DNA of 64,000 bases from Gemmatimonadota bacterium (GTDB lineage Bacteria; Gemmatimonadota; Gemmatimonadetes; Palauibacterales; Palauibacteraceae), in the NCBI GenBank assembly GCA_963666735.1, contig OY762926.1, positions 1,472,001 through 1,536,000 on the forward strand, written 5' to 3'. This document shows positions 55,075-64,000 of this stretch, piece after piece. Each line of letters starts with the position of its first letter. Within the stretch, counting starts at the first letter, position 1. Below the pieces are notes generated by a model that ran no database searches, was not told the DNA's origin, and was given only the letters and a program-made list of their open reading frames with translations. A program made the translations under genes and the position numbers.

Positions 55075-55251
55075 ATGCCGAAGCGCCGCTCCAGGGCCGA
55101 CAGACCGCGGCGCAACGTTCGGTTCACCGTCAAGGGGTATTCAGTCGACCCTCGCGAGATCCTGGAGAGCAGGAGCGCACAGGAGATCCTGCGGAAGGTG
55201 CGGGACAACTTCCCCGTGGAACGTGCGAACCGACCGGAGAGGCGCCGTTAG
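55075..55251 (+). CDS. Small basic hypothetical protein
   Basis: 58 aa MPKRRSRADRPRRNVRFTVKGYSVDPREIL..., AAAGGAG upstream. Confidence 0.45.
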   Translation: MPKRRSRADRPRRNVRFTVKGYSVDPREILESRSAQEILRKVRDNFPVERANRPERRR

Positions 55252-55330
55252 GAATCCCCTCGGCGCCCCCGCCACGGGATCGGGGTCTTCTTCCTCGCCA
55301 TCCCGTCCAGCCCGGACGGCTATCTCGGCA

Positions 55331-55389
55331 CCGGGGCTTCGATCCGCGCCGGGGCTTCGATCCGCGCCGGGGCTTCGATCCGCACCGGG
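55331..55389. repeat. 18-bp tandem repeat, about 3.3 copies
   Basis: CCGGGGCTTCGATCCGC(G/A) x3 plus partial. Confidence 0.92.
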
Positions 55390-55467
55390 CCAACGCGATG
55401 TCTCAGCCAACGTGGCGGCGGAGGCTTGGCGCACCACATGTAACGCACACGTCCCGGAGGACCGTTG

Positions 55468-55625
55468 ATGGGTTCGTCCCAGCTGTACTTCTCCGTCGCA
55501 CCGCACATCGTGGAAGATCTCGGTATCAACCTCTACACGACGCTGTCACGCGTCCTCGTTGAGTTCGTCGCGAACGCGCACGATGCCGATTCGCCGGACG
55601 TCGACGTCGAGATCGACTTCGACAT
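55468..55625 (+). pseudogene. GHKL (HATPase_c/MORC-like) ATPase N-terminal remnant
   Basis: GGAGG RBS; DLGINLY..LVEFVANAHDAD (GHKL motif I), breaks off after about 52 codons. Confidence 0.8.
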
Positions 55626-56389
55626 GTGCGGAGGGTGTTGGTGGGCACCTCCCATCTCATCCGTCCCCAGACGTCGGTCACCGCGTCTGGATGCCGGAAC
55701 CACGACGGGGCCGCAAGCTCGGGCGCCAAGCGAAGGATGTCCCGTTTGTCGCCCCCATAGGGCAGCACCCGCATCCGGCTGAGCGCAAGGCCGCCCGGGC
55801 TCGGCGCCACATGCAGATTCCGGCCATCCGGGTCGGCCGGGAGGCCGCACCACGCTTCGCCGGGGTTGGCGTGACCCGCAGCCACGGGCCGGGCGAGAAA
55901 GGATCGGCCTCCCCGGACGCCGGACACGAAGGCGCGCTTCCGTCTCTGCGGAACCCCGAAATCCAGCGCGTCGAGCACCACGGACCGCACGTCGTACGCA
56001 CGGTGCCGGAGTGCCTCCACGAGCGACCGACAGGCCCGCGATTCCAGGAAGGCCGCGACGTTCTCCACCACGACCACGCGCGGGTCGGTCGCGTCGACCC
56101 ACCGCAGCAACTCCAGGCTTAGCCGGTTCCGGGCGTCCTCCGGATCCCGTTTTCCCAACGTCGAGAAGCCCTGGCACGGCGGGCCCGCGATCAGCACGTC
56201 GCACGACTCGGCTGGAGTCGCGTCGACAATGTCCACGGCATTGACCGCATCTCCCAAGTTCATTCGATAGGATTCGGCCGCGAACGGATCGTTCTCCACC
56301 GCCTGGACGATCTCGAACCCTTCCGCCACGAACGCATGGGAGAAGAGCCCGGCCCCGGCGAACAGGTCGACCACCGAGGGCCGACTCAA
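55626..56389 (-). pseudogene. DNA cytosine-5 methyltransferase, C-terminally truncated
   Basis: DLFAGAG (I), GPPCQGFS (IV), ENV (VI), PQRRKR (VIII), TRD ..WGRMRW..TLRT; motifs IX-X absent. TTG start overlaps upstream stop. Confidence 0.88.
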
Positions 56390-56589
56390 TCGACCCCCTC
56401 GATCTCGTCGTCGATCAGCCCCTCGCGATGGAGCGCAAGCCATCCGAGCGCGATCAAGCGTTCGGCCGCCTCCGCCCGGTTCTTTCCGCAGAGACCGGTC
56501 TTGATTGCCTGGTCGAGTCGCTCGTCCAGCTTCGGATTCCCGGCGACCTGGATGCGTACGGTCCCGATCCGGTTTTTCTGTCTCGCCAT
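56386..56589 (-). CDS. Small RHH-like putative regulator
   Basis: 67 aa: VRIQV strand, helix, G..GKNRAEAAERLI helix; coupled to the MTase. Confidence 0.6.
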   Translation of the reverse strand: MARQKNRIGTVRIQVAGNPKLDERLDQAIKTGLCGKNRAEAAERLIALGWLALHREGLIDDEIEGVD

Positions 56590-56625
56590 AAAAACAGTGT
56601 AAATACATTGCATAAACCATGCAAT
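56590..56625 (-). promoter_or_regulatory. Leaderless-type promoter with palindromic operator
   Basis: Minus strand TTGCAT-N17-TACACT-N6-ATG; ATTGCAT-N5-ATGCAAT perfect palindrome at 56607-56625. Confidence 0.7.
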
Positions 56626-56846
56626 AAGCGGAAATTTCGATCAATTGCCGACGAACCCGAAGTATAGCATGGGCCCCGGGGGGTTGCGCGTACAGCACGG
56701 GGCCACACCGCCTTTCCCGGTTTCGTGTCGGTTGATGCGGTTTCGGCGGGGTGGCACGTTGGAACCTCGTTCGCGGTGGACGCGGCTCTGGGCGAAGATT
56801 CGGGGCCGCCCACAGCATCGGGACGTGAAGGGAAGGCTGGTGAAAC

Positions 56847-57194
56847 ATGTCGGAGTGGGTCGAAATCGCCGTCCCCATCGGTGGAGCGGTCATCGTGTGG
56901 ACGTGCGTGGCCATCCAATGGATCCTTATGCGGCGCGACCGGAAGATTCGGGATCGGGAGCACAGGCACCGGGAATTGGAAGCGAGGATCGATGAGCGCC
57001 ACCGCAAACTTCAGCGCGAAGTCCAAGACGAGATCCGGCGCGAGATCCGCAACGAGCTGCGGCATCAACTTCGCCACGAGATCCGCAACGAGGTGGGGAA
57101 CCTGGAGCGGCGTCTCGGCGGCCGCCTCGATACTCTCACCCGCAGACAAATCGAGAGTCGCCCGACGCGCGGCTATCTGAAGTACGGGGCGTAA
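56847..57194 (+). CDS. N-terminal TM + coiled-coil protein
   Basis: TM then EIRRE/EIRNE/QLRHE/EIRNE repeats, LERRLGGRLD. Confidence 0.65.
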   Translation: MSEWVEIAVPIGGAVIVWTCVAIQWILMRRDRKIRDREHRHRELEARIDERHRKLQREVQDEIRREIRNELRHQLRHEIRNEVGNLERRLGGRLDTLTRRQIESRPTRGYLKYGA

Positions 57195-57322
57195 CCCACT
57201 CCCGGGATGATGGCGCGTTGATTGGCGAGCGGAGGTTTGGCGTGAGTCGGGGCCCGCAGGGCCGCGGTCCTCGACCGTACACGAATCTTCCGCGGAGGCC
57301 GCGCAGCACCAAGGGACCGGAC

Positions 57323-57607
57323 TTGTTTGGCGACATCACGCTGCTGGTGGGCTTGACCGTCGGCGCTACCGCCGCTCTGGCCCGCATCTTGCGCGGCGCC
57401 GAGAGCCGCCTGCGCAGGGACTTGAAGGCGGAGATCGCGGACGTGCGCACCGAACTCCGCAGCGTGGAGGAGCGCCTCGGCGGCCGCATCGACGTGGTCC
57501 GTGACGAACTCGTCGAGACGCGGGTCGCCATGGCCGACCGGGTCGCCCGCATCGAAGGGCGCGTGTTCGGCGTCCCCCTTCCCGGCACCGGGACCGACCC
57601 CGCCTGA
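57323..57607 (+). CDS. N-terminal TM + coiled-coil protein
   Basis: TTG start (uncertain), hydrophobic N-terminus, VEERLGGRID, RVARIEG. Confidence 0.6.
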   Translation: MFGDITLLVGLTVGATAALARILRGAESRLRRDLKAEIADVRTELRSVEERLGGRIDVVRDELVETRVAMADRVARIEGRVFGVPLPGTGTDPA

Positions 57608-57715
57608 CCTCGGCACGGGTTGCCCGCCTCCCGTCCCCGGCCCGACCTTCCCGGGCCACGGATTCCACAGGCGACACTGCCCGATAGCCACCCGCCAACG
57701 GCACAAGGTGCGATC

Positions 57716-60700
57716 ATGATCGATTTCGAGAGCTTCCCCGCGAACCCGCGCGCCCGTCGCGGCGCCATCTCCCGCTTCCCCACCCTCCTGCTCGCGGGGA
57801 TGGCGAGTCTCGGCGCCCTCGGCCTCCCCGGCGCCCCCGCGGGTCCCGGGACGCTCGCCGCGCAGGAGGATGACGACGCGGACGACCCGCCCGAACTGAA
57901 CTCCGGGTTCATCTCCGGGATCGGTTGGCGCAGCATCGGCCCCGCCCTCGCCTCCGGGCGGATCGCGGACATCGCGGTCGATCCGACGGACCGCAGCGTG
58001 TGGTACGTCGCGGCCTCCTCCGGGAACCTGTGGAAGACGACGAACGCGGGGACGACCTGGACGCCGATCTTCGACAACTACGGGTCCTACTCCATCGGGG
58101 CGATCGCGCTCGATCCCAACGACCATCTCACGCTCTGGGTGGGGACGGGGGAGAACAACGGGCAGCGCTCGGTCGGGTACGGGGACGGGGTGTACAAGTC
58201 GATCGACGGGGGGCGCTCGTTCACGAACGTGGGGCTCGAGACCTCCGAGCACATCGGGAAGATCGCGGTCCACCCGGACGACTCCGGCGTCGTGTTCGTC
58301 GCGGCGCAGGGGCCGCTGTGGAACGCGGGCGGCGAGCGCGGGCTGTACCGGACGGTGGACGGGGGCGAGACGTGGGAGCCGGTGCTCGAGATCGACGAGC
58401 ACACGGGGGTGAACGAGGTCTACTTCGACCCGCGGAACCCGGACGTGATGTATGCGACCTCGTGGCAGCGGCGGCGCCACCAGTGGACGATGATCGACGG
58501 CGGGCCGGGCTCGGGGATCCACAAGTCGACCGACGGCGGGAACACGTGGCGGGAGATCAACCGCGGCCTTCCCTCGGGGGACAAGGGGCGCATCGGGTTC
58601 GCGATCTCGCCGCAGAACCCGGACGTGCTGTACGCGATCGTGGAGGCGAGCGGCGACGCGGGCGGCACCTTCCGCTCGGAGAACATGGGGGAGAACTGGT
58701 CGCGCACGTCGCGCTACCAGTCGGGCGCGCCGATGTACTACCACGAACTGTACGCGGACCCGCACCGCTTCGACCGCATCTACTCGCTCGACACGTTCGT
58801 GCAGATGTCGGAGGATGGCGGGGAGACGTGGGGGCGGCTCCCGACACAGGGCGTCCACGTCGACCATCACGCGATCGCGTTCGACCCGGGCGACCCGGAG
58901 CACCTCATCCTCGGCAACGACGGGGGACTCTACGAGACGTGGGACTTCGGGGAGAGCTGGAACTTCTTCAGCAACCTGCCGCTCACGCAGTTCTACAAGG
59001 TCGCGACCTCGAACGACGAGCCCTTCTACTACGTGTACGGGGGGACGCAGGACAACAACACGCTCGGCGGCCCCTCGCAGACGGCCGACAACGCGGGGAT
59101 CCGGAACTCGGACTGGTACGTGACGCTGGGGGGCGACGGCTTCGACCCCGTGATCGACCCCGAGAACCCGGACATCATCTACTCCCAGCTCCAGAACGGC
59201 GTCCTGTCGCGCTTCGACCGCGTCTCGAAGGAGCGGCTCGACATCCAGCCGCAGGAGGACGCGGACGGTCCCCCGCTGCGCTGGTACTGGGACGCGGGAC
59301 TCCACATGTCCCCGCACGACAACCACCGTCTCTACTACGGGGCGCAGATCCTCTTCCAGTCGGACGACCAGGCTTCGACGTGGCGGCCGATCTCGGGCGA
59401 TCTCACGCGGAACATCGACCGCAACCAGCTCGAGGTGATGGGCCGCGTGTGGAGCGTGGACGCGGTGGGCAAGAACCGCTCGACCTCGGTGTTCGGGCAC
59501 ATCGTGTCGATCTCCGAGTCGCCGCTCGCCGAGGGGCTCATCTACGTGGGGACGGACGACGGACTCGTGCAGGTGACGGAGGACGGGGGCGAGAACTGGC
59601 GCGCGGTGGAGACGTTCCCGGGCGTGCCGGACACGAGCTTCGTCCACGACGTGGAGGCGTCGCTGCACGACCCCAACACCGTGTTCGCGGTCATCAACAA
59701 CTTCAAGCGCGGCGACTTCCGGCCCTACGTGCTCAAGTCGACCGACCGCGGCGTCACGTGGGCCTCGATCTCGGGGGATCTGCCGGAAAACGGGCCCGCG
59801 TTCACGATCGTGCAGGACCACGTGGAGCCGGACCTCCTGTTCGTGGGGACGGAGTTCTCGGCCTTCGCGTCGGTGAACGGAGGGGAGTCGTGGCTGGAAC
59901 TGGGGAGCGGGCTGCCGACGATCCCGGTGCGCGAACTCGAGATCCAGAAGCGGGAGGATGACCTCGTCGCGGCGACGTTCGGGCGCAGCTTCTACGTGGT
60001 GGACGACTACACGCCGCTGCGCGAGCTCGCGGCGCGTTCCGACGAGATCCTCGCCTCGGAGGGGCACATCTTCGAGGTGAAGGACGGAGAAATGTTCCTG
60101 AGGTGGAGCCCGGGCGGGACGAGCGGGTCGGACTTCTATACGGCGGACAACCCGGACTTCGGGGTCACGTTCACCTACTACGTGGGCGAGACGCTGCGGA
60201 CGCGGGAAGCGGCGCGGCGGGCCGAGGAACGGCGGGCGCAGCGGCGGGGAGACGACACGCCGTACCCGGCGTGGGAGGAACTCGAGGCGGAGGACCGGGA
60301 GGAGGCGCCTCGGGTGTTCCTCACGATCCGGGACGCGGACGGGAACATCGTGAACACGGTGAACGGGTCGACCTCGCGGGGCATGCGCCGGGCGACGTGG
60401 AACTACCGTTATCCGGGCTACAACCCGGTCACGGGCGGCGGCGGGGGCGGCTTCGGGGGGTTCGGCGGCGGCGGAGGCAACGGGCCCATGGCGCTGCCGG
60501 GGAGCTACACGGTGTCGCTCTCGCAGCGCGTGGACGGCGAGGTGACCGAGCTGGCCGGACCGACGCCGTTCGAGATCGCGCCCATGGGGGGCTCGGCGAT
60601 CCCGCCCCAGGACCGGGCGGCCGTGCTCGCCTTCCAGCGACAGACCGGGGAGCTGCTCCGCGCCGTCTCCGGGACGCAGCGTGTGGCGGCGGCCGCGATG

Positions 60701-61093
60701 GCCCGCGTGACGGCCATGAAGCAGGCCCTGGACCGCTGGCCGTCGGCCGACCCGACCCTCCGGCAGGAGGCCCGCGCGCTCGAGCTGCGGCTCCTCGACC
60801 TCCAGGAAACGCTGAACGGCTCGCGCACGCGGGCCTCCCGCGCCGAGCCGGAGATGCCGGGGATCGTGTCCCGCGTGAACCAGGTCGTGCGCGGCCACTG
60901 GAACGGCCTGCACGGCCCCACGCAGACGCACCGCGAGCAGTACCGGATCGCGAATGACGCCTTCACCGCGCTCTATCCCGACATGCGGCAGCTGATCGAG
61001 ACGGACCTGCCGGCGCTGGAGGAGCGGCTGGAGGATGCCGGGGTGCCGTGGACCACGGGTCGCGCGCTCCCCGACTGGCCGCCGAACGGGTAG
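57716..61093 (+). CDS. VPS10/BNR-repeat glycosyl hydrolase-like secreted protein
   Basis: WRSIGP..SGRIADIA, many SxDGGxTW Asp-boxes, GGTQDN, ATFGRSF. Confidence 0.9.
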   Translation: MIDFESFPANPRARRGAISRFPTLLLAGMASLGALGLPGAPAGPGTLAAQEDDDADDPPELNSGFISGIGWRSIGPALASGRIADIAVDPTDRSVWYVAASSGNLWKTTNAGTTWTPIFDNYGSYSIGAIALDPNDHLTLWVGTGENNGQRSVGYGDGVYKSIDGGRSFTNVGLETSEHIGKIAVHPDDSGVVFVAAQGPLWNAGGERGLYRTVDGGETWEPVLEIDEHTGVNEVYFDPRNPDVMYATSWQRRRHQWTMIDGGPGSGIHKSTDGGNTWREINRGLPSGDKGRIGFAISPQNPDVLYAIVEASGDAGGTFRSENMGENWSRTSRYQSGAPMYYHELYADPHRFDRIYSLDTFVQMSEDGGETWGRLPTQGVHVDHHAIAFDPGDPEHLILGNDGGLYETWDFGESWNFFSNLPLTQFYKVATSNDEPFYYVYGGTQDNNTLGGPSQTADNAGIRNSDWYVTLGGDGFDPVIDPENPDIIYSQLQNGVLSRFDRVSKERLDIQPQEDADGPPLRWYWDAGLHMSPHDNHRLYYGAQILFQSDDQASTWRPISGDLTRNIDRNQLEVMGRVWSVDAVGKNRSTSVFGHIVSISESPLAEGLIYVGTDDGLVQVTEDGGENWRAVETFPGVPDTSFVHDVEASLHDPNTVFAVINNFKRGDFRPYVLKSTDRGVTWASISGDLPENGPAFTIVQDHVEPDLLFVGTEFSAFASVNGGESWLELGSGLPTIPVRELEIQKREDDLVAATFGRSFYVVDDYTPLRELAARSDEILASEGHIFEVKDGEMFLRWSPGGTSGSDFYTADNPDFGVTFTYYVGETLRTREAARRAEERRAQRRGDDTPYPAWEELEAEDREEAPRVFLTIRDADGNIVNTVNGSTSRGMRRATWNYRYPGYNPVTGGGGGGFGGFGGGGGNGPMALPGSYTVSLSQRVDGEVTELAGPTPFEIAPMGGSAIPPQDRAAVLAFQRQTGELLRAVSGTQRVAAAAMARVTAMKQALDRWPSADPTLRQEARALELRLLDLQETLNGSRTRASRAEPEMPGIVSRVNQVVRGHWNGLHGPTQTHREQYRIANDAFTALYPDMRQLIETDLPALEERLEDAGVPWTTGRALPDWPPNG

Positions 61094-61170
61094 ATGTCGG
61101 CTCTCCCGCGCGGGCGCCTCGCCCACGCCGCCGCTGCCGTTGACCGGGGTGGGGGCGGGGGCGCGCCCGC

Positions 61171-61677
61171 GTGAAGATTCTCTCGTACCTGTGGAAGACG
61201 GTCGGGCCCCGGCGGGTGGGGCTCGTCGTCATGTGCGTGTACGCAGCGTGGCTCGTCTTCTTCTACCGCTACCACTGGGTGGACGGGATCAACCTCCTCA
61301 TCCACGAGGCCGGGCACGTCGTCTTCTCCCCGTTCGGAGAAACGGTCGGCGTGCTGGCCGGACCGGTGCTGCAGCTCGCCGTGCCGTTCTACATCACGTT
61401 CCGGCTGTGGAGGCGGGGGGAAGCTGTGCCGGCGGCGGTGAGCGCGCTGTGGTCGGCCGAGAGTCTCATGTACACGGCGGAGTACATGGGCGACGCGAAC
61501 CGCCTCGCCCTCCCCCTGATCGGCGGCCACCCACACGACTGGCGCCTGCTGCTGGACCGCGCCGGCGCCCTCGAGTCCGCCGAGGAGATCGGCTTCGCCC
61601 TCCACATCATCGCCAGCGCCGCCGCGCTCGGAGCCGTCTGGTGGACCATCCGTCACGAATCCGGGGCCACCATTTGA
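61171..61677 (+). CDS. Membrane protein with HExGH motif (M50B-like)
   Basis: NLLIHEAGH, YMGDA..LPLIGG..HDW. Confidence 0.7.
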   Translation: MKILSYLWKTVGPRRVGLVVMCVYAAWLVFFYRYHWVDGINLLIHEAGHVVFSPFGETVGVLAGPVLQLAVPFYITFRLWRRGEAVPAAVSALWSAESLMYTAEYMGDANRLALPLIGGHPHDWRLLLDRAGALESAEEIGFALHIIASAAALGAVWWTIRHESGATI

Positions 61678-61709
61678 CGTAAGTCGCTACTGGTAGCTAC
61701 TTCTAGAAC
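61674..61709 (+). promoter_or_regulatory. TA promoter/operator
   Basis: TTGACG at 61674; AAGTCGCTAC-TG-GTAGCTACTT inverted repeat; no RBS before ATG 61710. Confidence 0.6.
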
Positions 61710-62003
61710 ATGAGATCCGTAGGCATCAAGACGCTGAACAGCAAGCTGAGCGAATACGTGCGTCTCGCCGCAGCGGGCGAGACCGTACTCGTCACGGACC
61801 GCGACCGAGTGGTCGCGGAGATCGGTCCGCCGCGTGCATCGCGAAGCCCGGTCCTCGCCGACGCCATGCTCGCCGATGCGGTGCGGAAGGGTTGGCTGAC
61901 GCCCGCTCTCGCCCCGGGTTCCGAGCCTCCCCGAGGCGGGCCGCCGGTGGCCACGCTATCCGAGTTGCTTAGTGAACTGGAAGGCGACCGCAGCGATCGG
62001 TGA
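61710..62003 (+). CDS. Phd/YefM family antitoxin
   Basis: VGIKTL..KLSEYVR.AAAGETVLVTDRDRVVAEI. Confidence 0.88.
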   Translation: MRSVGIKTLNSKLSEYVRLAAAGETVLVTDRDRVVAEIGPPRASRSPVLADAMLADAVRKGWLTPALAPGSEPPRGGPPVATLSELLSELEGDRSDR

Positions 62004-62389
62004 TCTACCTCGACACCTCCGTCGCGTTGGCCCACCTGCTGGCGGAAGGCCGCCGTCCGCCAGCTTCGTTCTGGGCCGACCCGCTCGTTTCCAGTCGTCT
62101 CCTGGAGTACGAGATCTGGACACGGCTGCACGCCCGGGAGTTGGCGTCATCGCGGTCGGAGGCCGTACACTCGCTCCTCGCTCGAGTCTCGTTGGTGGAG
62201 TTGGCGCCGCCCGTGCTGGCCCGGGCGCTCGACCCGTTCCCGGTTCCCGTTCGGACCTTGGACGGGCTTCACCTGGCTTCGCTGGATTTTCTGCGGGGGC
62301 GTGGCCACGCCGTCGAACTTGCCAGCTACGACCACCGCATGGTGGGTGCCGCCGAAGCCATGGGTATCCCGATTCTGGATCTGTCATGA
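62000..62389 (+). CDS. vapC: VapC PIN toxin
   Basis: IYLDTSV, LEYE, RTLDGLHLAS, SYD; GTGA overlap. Confidence 0.9.
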   Translation: MIYLDTSVALAHLLAEGRRPPASFWADPLVSSRLLEYEIWTRLHARELASSRSEAVHSLLARVSLVELAPPVLARALDPFPVPVRTLDGLHLASLDFLRGRGHAVELASYDHRMVGAAEAMGIPILDLS

Positions 62390-62510
62390 CCCGTCGCGCC
62401 GCAGTGTTCTGCGGTGTGCCCACGCACTCCCGGCAGGGTCCCTCGGTGCGGCGGCCGACGCGGCCGAAGGCCTTCGTCGAGGCCGAGGGCTACGAGACTT
62501 TCCGGTAGCC

Positions 62511-62606
62511 CCAATTCGAGCCGTTCGTGGCGCGGTACAGCGCCACCAAGGCTGCCCGATCGACGGCGACCGCCGTATCGGTATCGACCGAGGGGACGCT
62601 CGACAT
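62511..62606 (-). pseudogene. Fragment of an LRR-protein N-cap
   Basis: DRAALVALYRATNGSNW, with no LRRs following. Confidence 0.55.
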
Positions 62607-62617
62607 CCAGCGAGACG

Positions 62618-62903
62618 CGGCATCGTGGATCCGACGCCCGCGTGGGGGGGCGAGCCCGAGTGCAACGGCGTCGCGGAGCGGTTCATCCGAACGCTGAAGG
62701 AGGGGTGCGTATACCTGAACGACTTCGCGACGCTCGAGGAGGCCCGGGAGGTGATCGGCGCCTTCATCGAGCGCTACAACAGCGGCTGGCTTCTCCAGCG
62801 GCCCGGGCATCCGACCCCGGCCCAGGCCCGCGAGAAGCTCGGCCGGAAGAGGGCGGCCTGATGGTTAAGCCGTCCCTCTGTCCAGAAAACCGGCACCACT
62901 ACA
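62618..62903 (+). mobile_element. IS3-family remnant (3' end with right terminus)
   Basis: EPECNGVAERFIRTLKE, FIERYN..W, TPAQ; terminus TGTCCAGAAAACCGGCACCACTACA ending in CA. Confidence 0.8.
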
Positions 62904-62995
62904 ACGCAGGTTCGGTGCCGACCCCGGGACTCCCGCGAGTATTCGCGCTTGGACCGCCTGGTTCGCCTAATCCTAATCGTCCGCGTGCAGGATGC

Positions 62996-64000
62996 TCAGG
63001 TACGGCGTTCGTCCGGCTCCTTCGGGGCGCGCTCCTGCCGTTCTTCCATCCACCGCTTCTCCAGCTGCCGGAAGGTCTCGCTGAGCTCCGCGCGCAACTC
63101 GGCGAACTGCTCGCGGAGGTCCGGACGGCCTTGGAGCCGCAGAAAGAGGGCCGTGTCCTCGCGGGCCTCATGGGCGAGTTCCACCCACAGCATGGCCACA
63201 AAGCCGCACGCGGGCGCCAGGACGGCCGCCGCCGCGGCCAGGGACACCCCTCCCGCCAGGTAGCCCACCGCGATCCACAGGATCCAGGCCGCAAGCGTTC
63301 CGGCCAGGAGCGTCGCCAGCTTGATCGCCGCCGTGACCTCGAACTCGGCCTTCGCGCGCCGGACGACGAAGCCGGGAAGCCGGGCTACGGGAACCCAGAG
63401 CAGGGATCCGGCGATCGCGAAGGGAAGCCCAAGCGCCAGGAGCGTCCCGTGCACGAGGACGTATCTTGCGACCGGGAAGAACTTGAAACGGCGAGGCACG
63501 TCCCCCTCCTCGGCGCGAAGTTCGTCGCTGAGCGCGGCGTACCGCTCCACCTTCTCGATCAGGCGGCGGTGTTCCTCCGGGCGCGCCCCGCGGACCCATT
63601 CCAGCCCCCGCGCAAAGCGCTGAAGGCGAGGAAACCGCGTACCCAGCCGTTCCCGGACCCGCCACGGGACCCACCGCGACTCCCGCACGTAAAGCTGCTC
63701 CGCCACCTCCACGAGGATCCGGTCGCGGTGGCGGTCGAAGTTCAGCGTCTGCCGGCGGATCCCCTGTTCGATCCGCTCGGTGAGCCTGCGCACCGAAGCG
63801 ACGGGATCCTCCCGGTACGCATCCTTCAGGTCCGCGCACCCGAACGCCTCGCCGAAGCGCACGGCGACCTCGGTCCGGGCCAACTCCTTGGCCGCATAGG
63901 TGATTCCCACGGGAACGATGGACAGCCCGAGCCCCCAGTCTGCCCCCTCCTCCGCCTGCAGCGCGATCCGGGCGGCGCCGGTACGGAACTCCACCAGGTG
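62996..64000 (-). CDS. Lysophospholipid/glycerol-3-phosphate acyltransferase family (5' partial)
   Basis: FRTGAARIAL, IVPVGITY, VRFGE, C-terminal TMs. Confidence 0.75.
   Translation of the reverse strand, partial: HLVEFRTGAARIALQAEEGADWGLGLSIVPVGITYAAKELARTEVAVRFGEAFGCADLKDAYREDPVASVRRLTERIEQGIRRQTLNFDRHRDRILVEVAEQLYVRESRWVPWRVRERLGTRFPRLQRFARGLEWVRGARPEEHRRLIEKVERYAALSDELRAEEGDVPRRFKFFPVARYVLVHGTLLALGLPFAIAGSLLWVPVARLPGFVVRRAKAEFEVTAAIKLATLLAGTLAAWILWIAVGYLAGGVSLAAAAAVLAPACGFVAMLWVELAHEAREDTALFLRLQGRPDLREQFAELRAELSETFRQLEKRWMEERQERAPKEPDERRT

Noticed and set aside
55331..55389. Possible CRISPR array
   Set aside because: Repeats are contiguous with no spacers, and no cas genes are present.
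57173..61126. 1317-aa minus-strand ORF
   Set aside because: Antisense shadow of the VPS10 gene.

Overview
Very GC-rich bacterial DNA. The gene repertoire (choice-of-anchor B, VPS10/BNR propeller, DUF4159/DUF58/BatA/MoxR operon, 6-bladed propeller lipoprotein, LRR-cap fragment, many TA and AAA-DUF4143 genes) suggests a Gemmatimonadota-like, possibly sponge-associated organism; this is inference, not a database result. 1-42 kb is mostly core/envelope genes: asnB, peptidases, a CstB-like persulfide dioxygenase, ccmEFGH, acnA, an SBP/HAMP-only/OFA-MFS trio, an ornithine cyclodeaminase homologue and an 8-gene MoxR-VWA operon. TA modules and deletion-scarred pseudogenes sit between them. 42-57.6 kb is an eroding accessory/defence region: photolyase, TA remnants, two closely similar AAA-DUF4143 genes bracketing an IS256 remnant and a TonB receptor, two HNH restriction-type nucleases, and a collapsed GHKL-ATPase/C5-methyltransferase locus with a small RHH-like controller. 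The window ends with a VPS10 protein, Phd/VapC, an IS3 remnant and a partial acyltransferase. No rRNA, tRNA or CRISPR array was seen. Best candidates for undescribed systems: the SBP + output-less HAMP protein + MFS trio; the MoxR operon with a TPR-metallopeptidase and a pseudo-caspase; the RHH-controlled methyltransferase/GHKL locus beside modification-dependent HNHs; and self-palindromic leaderless promoters on the accessory cassettes. All family calls come from motif recognition by eye.
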